Shown: one piece after another, positions 1 through 9,204 of the stretch
Layout: each line of letters begins with the position of its first letter
Numbering within the stretch: the stretch's first letter is position 1
Source: Amphiscolops sp. MND2022
Taxonomy: Eukaryota
NCBI GenBank assembly: GCA_964187785.1
Contig: OZ076409.1
Location: forward strand, 36,954,001-37,018,000
Direction: 5' to 3'
Length of the DNA: 64,000 bases
Position numbers and translations under genes: made by a program
Notes under the pieces: model-generated
What the model was told of the DNA's origin: nothing
The model's input: only the letters and a program-made list of their open reading frames with translations
Database searches by the model: none

Positions 1-146
1 CATGTTCTCTGATATAGGGCATCTTCTTTTCATCTTATTTTGTGAATTTTCGGTGTTTTGCATGTTTCTGTTTTAAGTTTACGGCATCGTGTGTTTTCAT
101 GTGCGCGTTGTTTCCGTAATTTCATCTTTTAATGGGTTTTCCCCAT
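1..146 (+). repeat. Partial copy of the 712-1316 LTR (direct repeat of 1172-1317), cut by the window start
   Basis: 1-146 reads identically to 1172-1317 (catgttctctgatatagggc...gggttttccccat), then the copies diverge. Confidence 0.9.
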
Positions 147-572
147 CAAATTACAATTGATGTGACTTCGGACAGTGCGAGCTCTGCGGTCAAGATTCTG
201 CGAGCATGTGATAGTGTGTCTGCACAGCGGTTGTTCAGGTTTCTAATGTGCCTGAACGAGAGTCCGTTATTTCCACTGAGGACTGTTTGCAATCGCGTGG
301 GCCAATTGCAAAGTGACATCACGACCAGCGTGTGTTCGAGTGTGTTGAGCTTTCTCAAGGCTCATTGTATACGGACCTACGAGAGTGTAAGCGGGCCCCT
401 ATTGGAAGAATTATCGGAAGCATTTGGGCAATTTACGACCCTGTCTGATGTGTCTGAAGACTTGTTATGGGATGATGTCGGTGTTGTGGCTGCAGAAGAT
501 TATCGCCAATCTTTATATGAATTAATGGGATTCACCGGAGAGGGAGAACGTGCTCCGAGTCCGGAAATTTGA
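147..572 (+). CDS. Unknown ORF (probably a C-terminal part) upstream of the PPT of a plus-strand LTR element; possible retrotransposon accessory protein
   Basis: About 140 open codons with protein-like composition, GC-richer than flanks. The ATG at 132 lies inside the LTR copy and is probably not the real start. No domain recognised. Confidence 0.45.
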   Translation, partial: QITIDVTSDSASSAVKILRACDSVSAQRLFRFLMCLNESPLFPLRTVCNRVGQLQSDITTSVCSSVLSFLKAHCIRTYESVSGPLLEELSEAFGQFTTLSDVSEDLLWDDVGVVAAEDYRQSLYELMGFTGEGERAPSPEI

Positions 573-697
573 ACATTGTAGCGTGTTGGATTTTTGATTG
601 TTGTTTATTTTCATGTTGTATATTAGAATTAGTGATTGTATTATGCTGTAGTATAACCTGATGGGTGATCAATTCAATGTGTCACTGCTAGTGGTGT

Positions 698-1316
698 GGG
701 GGGGGGGAAACTGTTGCGGCGGAAAAGTCGGCGGCAGGTATATTTACAAAAAAACTATTTGGCATCCGTTATTGTTTTTCTCTTGAGATACTAGTGATTG
801 ATATAATAGGTAGGAGAGTTTTATGATTGAACAAATGCGACTAGTGGGTCACGTCCGTCAGTGTTTTTTAAATTGCATTTGTCATCGCTTTTGCATCGCC
901 TTTTCTTTGTCACACTTCTCAGATATGTTGTCTCACGTTGATCATCGTTATGACATCGCGTCTGGTCGTAGGTAGTTCATCGTTGTTTTCGTTTTTGATT
1001 TTTCATCTCATTTTCATCACAATTTCCTCAGTCGACCGAGTGACGTCGCGAAAACTGTTTTCTCATCTTTTTTACATCGTTCGTTGTGTGAAAATAATTG
1101 CATGTTGTTACATGTGTTTTTCTACAACGTTCATCGTTTTTTCATCGCGAGTTTAAATTCTGACATTTTCACATGTTCTCTGATATAGGGCATCTTCTTT
1201 TCATCTTATTTTGTGAATTTTCGGTGTTTTGCATGTTTCTGTTTTAAGTTTACGGCATCGTGTGTTTTCATGTGCGCGTTGTTTCCGTAATTTCATCTTT
1301 TAATGGGTTTTCCCCA
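698..1316 (+). mobile_element. Polypurine tract (698-710) plus 3' LTR of a plus-strand LTR retrotransposon
   Basis: G10-AAA-C followed by TGTTGCGG at 712. The duplicated part ends at ...TTCCCCA (1316); an alternative end is ...TTGGACA (1385). Confidence 0.65.
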
Positions 1317-2616
1317 TTATTTTACTTGTCGCGTTGTTTTCGTTGGAACTTCCAATAAGTTCATTTTCGTTCGTTGATTTGGACAGGGCTTTGTCGTCAC
1401 AAAGCCCCTACAAAACTAACTGAGAATCCACTAGCCGCTGGATAACCAACGCAGCTAGCTTCATCCGAAAATGGTTGTGAGCTCCCCGCCTCAACCAACC
1501 AGCACTCTTTTCAGAGAAATGCCAGCCAGCACGAAGAAATGATTTCGGTCTTTTGCGAGGCTATTTTAATTATTCTAATCGGATGTTGTTAGGAGTTGCT
1601 CTTTCCATTGTTTCAATTTGTGTTAATCTTGAAATTCCCACTACGTTGCATGAGTTTTAGTAAGATACATGTTTCTTCGATTGTATGGTTCGATGTGAGT
1701 TTGCATCGGTTATATGTGAATTGCATAAATTATCTCTTTCGTTATAGAAGGATACATGCGTTTTTCATTGATATTATGTTCGTTTAGGTACATGTAATTT
1801 GGAAGTGTCTGTTTACCAACGTTACGTCATTCAGTTGTAAGGCGTGTATGTGTTTACATGTAATGGTCATTTAGCTGATTTGAATGAGTTATGTTGTTAT
1901 CTTGCATGAAAATCATCGCCTGCTCATCCTTTTGTTCGTACCAAGGTGTTGTGGTAGAACGCTGACTTATTAATTATTGTTTGGATGGTGTTTCCCATCA
2001 CAACGACATCTTTTGTGAGTAGTTTTCTTTTGTATTTTAAATTGGACTGAGTTCATCGTTCTTTCATCCTCTAACCGATCTAGAGTTTTGTGTTAGTCGG
2101 ACTATGAATTCAGTCTTGAGTTGATGGTAAATCCCATCGCGAATACATCCTTTTAACTGTTTCCCGTGTTTGCAAGGTATTTTTGATTGAGTTCATCGCT
2201 ATTTCATCCTCTATTCGAGCTAGAGTATTATGATAGCATGAACGTGACTGCATTAGCGTTCTGATGGTATTTCCCATCTCAAACGCATCGCTATTAAGTA
2301 ATGCATGTTTGTAAGAAGTTATTTTGCTAAAATCATCACTTTTTCATCTCTCGTTTGGGTTATATGAATTTTCATGCAAGTTCATCCTATTTTCATCTTT
2401 GATTTTTTATCATTTGGTTTTTGAGGTTTTTCATCGTTATTCATCCGTTTTACATCGTATTTCGTTTTGATGCGTTTTTTCATGTGATTTTTAGTGACTG
2501 TTCATCCATTTTACATCTTCATGTTCATTTTAACTTGAAATTGCATGTAGTTTGTTCGTTTTTGTGACTTGTTCATCCTTGACACATCGTGTGTTGGGAA
2601 ATGTTGTTTTTCTTGT

Positions 2617-5235
2617 CTAAATCGTTACGTCTACGTTGTTGGTCTTTCTCAGTGCATTTCTAGCGAAAGTAATCTCATGAATGAGGAAATCAGGATATGT
2701 TTTCGGTGTAGGGTTCTCGCGTAACCTGTACCTACTCTGATTGTTTCTAGACGGTCTAGAACTAATCCTTTCCTCATTTTCAGTTTGCGTGTTTGTCTGT
2801 TGTGATCGATTTTCGTGTTGTTCGTCTCTCAGAGGTAATCTTATCCTGCTTTCATCGCGTGGGGGCGGTAGAATAATTTCCTCTTGCGTTCCAAATCTAA
2901 CTGTAGGTGGTCTAAAGACATTGTGGTCAGTTTCTACTTGCTGATAGTCTATTCTCGTGGTTATTTCTGGTGAAATTGCTTGTGGGCTGTGTCGTTCTTG
3001 TACTTGTGGAACTATTTCTACTGAAGGCTCTTCTTCGACTAAGTCTTGATCTAGATTGTCATTCTCATTCTGATCTACTTCGTCGTTTGTCGGAATATTC
3101 GAGTCAAATTTGTCTGTGTCTTCAAACCTTTCAGTGTCTGGGTAAAGATGTTTGGACACGTTGATGTCATCAATCGGAAATTCCGGTTTGAACAACCTCC
3201 GTCGCATTCTGTGTACGCACTGAGTCTGGTGTGTGCCTACTTTGCGGATGAAGTAGTTGCTATCGGATAGCACTTTCACCACCTTGTACGGTCCTTTCCA
3301 ATGGAAAGTTTTAAACCCTTCCTTGCTTCGCTGAGAGTCGTACTTAGGGTCTAGTAGGAACATGAATTCATTCACCTTCAGTGGCTGCGCTTGTGCTTTT
3401 CGATCATAGTACATTTTGTACTTGTGATAGGCGGAGATGATGTTGTCTAGATTGTCTCTGAAGATGAAGTTCATTTTGTCTAGAATCTCATTCACGTCCT
3501 TGCACTTTGTTTCAGCCGGCTTGTTTGCGTTTCGAAATTGCTGGTCTAGTGGGTTGTACGGTATTCTGCCATGAAAAATTTCAGTTGGTGAACATTTCAG
3601 TGAGTCGTGGTAAGTTGTGTTATGGGCCATGATTGCTATGTCGACATAGCGGTCCCATTGTGGTCTGTCTGCGTTTACACTAATTTTAATGATCTTTTTC
3701 AGATTCGCGTGCGTTCTCTCGACCATGCCTATTGTCTGTGCGTGTTTTATCGTGGCGTGGGAGATGTGAATATCAGCCGTTTTCGCGATTTCAGACAGAA
3801 GTTCAGCCGTAAACGCCGTGCCCTTGTCCGTCAGAATGTGTTTTGGCACATAAGCGTGTTTCGTGAAGATCGACAGTAATCCTCTGACTACGGAGTGCGT
3901 GTCAGGTCTCTTCAGCGGAACGGCGAACAGGTAGCGTGAAAAAACGTCAACAGCCGTCAGAATGTGCGTAAACCCGTTCGACGCCGGGAGTGGACCGACA
4001 AAATCTATTTCCAACAGGTCTTCTGGTCCGTCGCACGGGTCGTAGATTTTCTGTAACGGTGGACGTAGTTGCAGTTCTTTTACGCTTTTAGATTTCATGC
4101 AGTTTTCACATCCGTCTAGTACCTTTTGGACTTTACAAGCTAAGTTTGGGGAGTAATATCTTTTACGAAGTTCACACAACATTTTCTTCAAACCAGGGTG
4201 TCCTTGTACCGGGCTGTTATGCAGAGTCCTGATTATTTTCAAGATACAGTCTTCAGGAACGACTAACTGTTTGTGAGACTCCAGTCCCGTGTGATCAAAA
4301 AACTGTCTGTACAAGACACCGTTCACGACCTGTAAGCGTTTACGATTTTTGTGCAGCTTTTGAAAATCCTGCATACTAACTGGGTGTTGCAAAATTTCAG
4401 AACCTTCTAAAAATCTAATCATTTTTTGAATGACCCAGTTAGTTTTTTGAATCTGAATTAGATCGATCCCCTCAGCGGGGCTAACCTGACTCATTACCGG
4501 GTTTGATAATGATACTTTACTGATGAATTGCGTGAGCTGTATCGGCTCGTCCACATCTGTGAGGCGGTACGTCAGATGGTTGCCAATCGCGAATTCATCT
4601 GAGGCCGCTGTTCTCTCACAAATGGTGAACTTCATCCTTTTCCCATCGTCATGAGCCACATCAGTGCCAGGTGCCAAGTTCATCTCTTTGACATCCTTCT
4701 GGCGTTTGCATCTGAGTGGTTCACTTATGGGAAAGTAGTCAGGCTCGTCTTCTTCCTGTTTCGGTGTTCTGGAAGCGATGTCGATCTCGATTCTGTGAAT
4801 GGGAATAGTATCAGTCAGTTTTAAATGGACACGGTCTTCAGGTCTAATCTCAAGGCGAGATAAGTAATCCGCAGCGGGAGTTTCAACTCCTGGTACATGT
4901 GCTAATAGAAAATTGAACTGAAGCGTTTGATCACAAAAATTCCAAAATGAAGGCGGGATATGCTTCGCCTGAAAAAATCTGGTTAAGGCTTTATTGTCAG
5001 TCATAACAATGATGGGTTTTTTCGCACCCCACAAAATGTGGCCAAATTCATCAAATGCAAAATGCATTGCTAAAAACTCTTTGGCATACATTGTTAGAGA
5101 CATCTGGCGTCCCTGAAATTTCTTAGAGCCAAAGGCAACGGGGGCGTATGTTTGTTTGGCTGACGGGTCAGCATAATCCTCAATTAACAAAACATAGCCG
5201 GCAGCGTGTTCGCTGGCGTCACACATGGTTACCAA
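2617..5235 (-). pseudogene. pol: pol 3' part: RNase H plus DDE integrase with GPY/F motif and long low-complexity tail
   Basis: CDASEHAAGYVL, KEFLAM, TDNKAL, ADYLSR (RNase H); HNSPVQGH..CENC (HHCC); IDFVG, TDKGTAF, MVERTH (DDE); WKGPYKV. Frameshifted from RT near 5230. Confidence 0.92.
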
Positions 5236-6197
5236 TTGTATATCAGGTATGGCATTTTCAGAGACACTTTTGTTGCTTTTAACAGACTTTCGTTAATTTC
5301 AAAAATAGCGTCTTTATGTTGTTGGCTCAGTTTGAAAGGGACGTTTTTCTTGATCAGTTCCTGTAAACAGCAAGTTTTATCAGCTAAACGGGGAATATAT
5401 GATCTGTAAAAGTTTACAAAACCAAGGTAACGTTGCAACGATTTCACTGAGTTGGGGGGTTTCAACTTGCTCAAGTAGTCTGTTACGCGTTTTTCAATGG
5501 GAGCAATACCGGTGCTAGAAATGGTTTTGCCCAAGTACTCAATTTGCTTTTGTCCAAATTCACATTTACTCATGCTAAGTTTGAGACCAGCTTTGTTCAA
5601 CTGCTGAAAAACAAGTTCAAGGTTATTAATCAGTTCTTCAGGAGTGTGTGCTGCAATTCCAATGTCATCAACCTATTGTGCACACCGGTCCGCTTTGACC
5701 AAGGGGTCCAAATACTCACGGACTACACTTGTGAATGCTGACAAAGAACGATTAAGACCCTGTGCCAGACGTAAGAATGCAAAAGTTCTAGAACCAAAAT
5801 TAAACGATAACAGTTGGACTGACTGCTCATCGGCCATTGGGAAGCAATGGTAGGCCTGGGAACAATCAAGTTTGCAAAAGTACTTTTTCCCGGCCATGTG
5901 TTGGGCAGCGTCAGCAATTGCAGTTACGGGATGATTGTGCTCTCCGTGATCGTTTTTGATCAGATGGTTTATTCTTCTCAAGTCAATTAAAATCCTCAAT
6001 TTACCATTAGGTTTACGTTGAGCAAATATCGTTGACGAGTATTTACTATGAGGCAATGTAGTTATTATCCCGTACTCTTGCTTTAGAGCTAACTCCACGA
6101 GCAAATCGTCCTTCAAATTTGTCGGAGTCGGGAGACTTTGTGAATAAACTGGTTCTTGATGTTGTGGGGTTAACTTAACTTTAAAATCAGTATTCAT
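5229..6197 (-). pseudogene. pol: pol: reverse transcriptase with premature stop in the YVDD motif
   Basis: GKLRILIDLRRIN, YFCKLDCSQAY, RLAQGL, then CAA TAG GTT GAT GAC (Q*VDD, stop at 5673-5675), KCEFG..IEYLG, LQRYLGFVNFYR. Confidence 0.92.
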
Positions 6198-7709
6198 GCC
6201 AATATGCCAATATCAAAACGATGTCTAGCAAAAATGGAGTTGTACTTTACCAGCAAGTCCTCTACCTGTAACTGTTGAGACGGAGTAAGAAGTGAGTCGT
6301 CCCAGTTGAAGTTCTTCAGGAAGTTCATCCGTTGTTCATCGGATTGGGACGGGTCAAGCTTCTCGAGTTCTCGCAGTGCCAGAATCTCATCATAGATTCG
6401 TCGCTCAATTGCGTTGAGTTTGTTTGGGTCACTGCACGTCTCTGGAGTTGAGTACCACTTTGTTGACTTCATGCCAGGGTTCACGAACAATTGGTTGATC
6501 ACTGCTTCCGCCTCGTTTGGGTACTTGGTGATCAAGTTCAAGTGTTCCACTGGCATGGGCGTGATGTTGGCCGCCTGATGTGGTGTCGGTATGCGAAAGT
6601 GTGCCAGAGTGGTGTTGGCATCAAGTGTGAATGTGTGGTTGTTCGGATTGGTGACCTGGATTGTCGTCTTTCCCTCATCTAGGTCAACCAAAGCTGGGGA
6701 AACAAGCAAACACGTCTTTCGCATGAAGGCAGGCGAACCCTCAACTGTACCAGTTGTAAGTGAGATGTCCGCGTCGCTGTGGACCTGTATCATCACTTGA
6801 TGTAGAGGAGGGATCACTGTTCTATTACTGGAACACAAATTGATTAAACCAGTCTTAAATTTGTTGTTCTTTTGCTGTCTAACTTGCATGGACATCATGT
6901 GATTGGGGAAGTGGACGAGGTGGTTTTTGATGTCCAAATTGACTGAGTACTTTTCAAAAAAGGACATTCCAATTAAAATTGTTCCCATTGTTGGAAGGAT
7001 CAGGAACGTTTCTTCAAAAACTTTTCCAGCAACGTAAAATCTAAGTAAGACTTGTTTACGCATTGGGACTAAGTTTCCATTGGCTATTTGTATTTTGAAG
7101 TTTGGAGGGGGTAGTTTTTGAAGGATGGCTTCTGGATGAGCCGTGGTTATTTTTCGTAATTCTGCTTCAGACATTGCGCTTTGAATTGCGCCTGTGTCTA
7201 AAAGAGCGTGATTTTCGTATTTGTCAAACTGAAGAGGGACATAAAGCATTTTTTCTTTTTTATTTAAATGTAAAGTGGGACTGAGAATGAATTTCTGTTT
7301 TATTTGCATGTTTTTCAGCTTTCGAACTGTTAATACTACTCTGTGTTGCATGTTTTTCAATACTAAGCCGTGTGTCGTTAGTCGTGTGAAGAGTCGAGTC
7401 ATCTTGAAGATGGTTGGTGTCCATCTCTTTGGCATCATCCACCTGCCTCATGGTGTTGTGTTGCCAGTTCATCTCATGTTCATCGTTGATTTCGGCGAGT
7501 GGGGAAAAGCGGCTGCCGTTGTGTTGACGTGCATTTCCCATCGCTTTTTCATCGTTGGAAAATCTTCGCTGATAGACGTCGTCAGCTTTTGGTCGTTTGT
7601 CCAGTGAAGGCTGCCATTTCTTCATTGGACGGTTGTGTGTAGTCGGTTGAGTCGAAAGTCGTGTGTCGCGCGTGGTATTTCTAGCGGGCGGAAATCGTGG
7701 CTGAATCAA
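6194..7709 (-). pseudogene. pol: pol 5' part: gag-pol linker and aspartic protease (frameshifted)
   Basis: ALLDTGA and ILIGMSFF retropepsin motifs. Overlapping ORFs 7260-7709 and 6194-7438 imply a frameshift. Confidence 0.88.
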
Positions 7710-9204
7710 AAACCCTGATTAATGTCTTCATCAGAGTAGCTTATCTGTTCCTCTTCGTCAGCAACTGCTTGCATCGGGTTCATTGGTCTTTGTTGTCGTT
7801 TTAAGTCCTGTCTTATAGCCTTATTGTGAATTCGTGGCATAAGGGATCTTGCCATATGCAGAGCTATTTTCTTTGGGAATGCGTCGTCTGCAGTCTCTTG
7901 CTGAGTGGCCTGTGTAGCCACAAATCTGACAAACCAGCTTGGGATTGTACTTCGGTTTGTCTGGGTCGACTGCTTTCTTCATCGGAATTGCATCTTCCTT
8001 CTTGATGCCATTTGCTTCGTCACGTTGGCGGGCGCGACATTCCGTTTTGCGGTGACCTGTCTTTCCGCAGTAGAAGCATTGTCCCTCGAATCGTTTTCGT
8101 TCAGTTGGTTGGGTTGTCGTCGTCGTTGCTGTTTTGGTTGTTTCATTGTTCGTTGGAACAGAGGAGGTGACTGCGTTGAATGATTGAATTGTTGTAGGCG
8201 GTGCTGCATACTGCTGGTATTGATACTTTCGCATCAAGTATGTCTTGATTTCTTCTGGTGAACTTTCCTCCTTGTTGGCCATAGTAAGTTCTTGTTGTAT
8301 TTCGACCGGAAGCTTGCTGAACAAGATTATTTTTATGATTTTATCCGCTTCATCTCCAAAGGCTTGTTTCGCAATCTTTTTCAAGTTCTTGAGGAAGTCG
8401 CTGAATGTTTCTGTTGTGGGATCGTAACGGGCTTGATCCCACTTGTAACGAGCCACTTCTTTGAGATCCTCTTTCGCGAATTCTTTTCTGAACAGGTCTA
8501 GCACATCTTTCAGCGTTGTCAGTGGCGTTATTTGGATCGATGGACCAATACTCGATCGCTTCATCTCTCAAAAGGCTTTGAAAGAAATGAAGTTTGTTCT
8601 CCTCAGTTATTTTATTCGCTAACGGGCTGAGGTGGTTGAGGAGAAGGTGTTCAAATTCCACGAATTTGTCTTTTTGTCCTCTGAAATTCGGTACGTGTGT
8701 TTGCAGTAGTTTTGTATTTGTGGTAGTGCTTTTTATCCGTTGCGGGATCGTCTCCATGGCGTTCAACAGCCGTTCTTTGTTGCTTCTGGGAGTTGATTCG
8801 CCTTCTTCGTCTGTGTCGTCGTCTTGATATCGTCGGAAGTTTGTGAAGCTGGATGACGGGCGGGCGGGGCGGGTTTCTGTAACTCCTGTCACCATGTCGA
8901 ACCCACGCTGTTGGGGGGGCTTTGAAGGACCTTTCGAACTGGATGGCTGTACTTCGCCATTACTTTTGTTTACAATTGCCATCATTAAGTCCTTCAGTTG
9001 ACTAAATTCATGATGTAACTCACTAATCCTTCGTTCGTAATTTTCTTTTATTTCAGACAACTGGGAAGAGATGTCAGAATCATCGTTGGTATCAGAATCG
9101 TTAGAGTTTGCTTGAGTCATGTTCAAATCCACGGGAGAATCTATTTCTGACGAGGAATCAATAATTCTGCCGCTTCTGAGTACTGTTCCTTGGTTTTGAC
9201 TCAT
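7706..9204 (-). pseudogene. gag: gag with two CCHC zinc knuckles, broken by two frameshifts
   Basis: ORFs 8350-9204, 7821-8564 and 7706-7921 join into one gag. CFYCGKTGHRKTEC and CQICGYTGHSARDC; capsid-like VPNFRG...LLRDEAIEYW. Confidence 0.88.
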
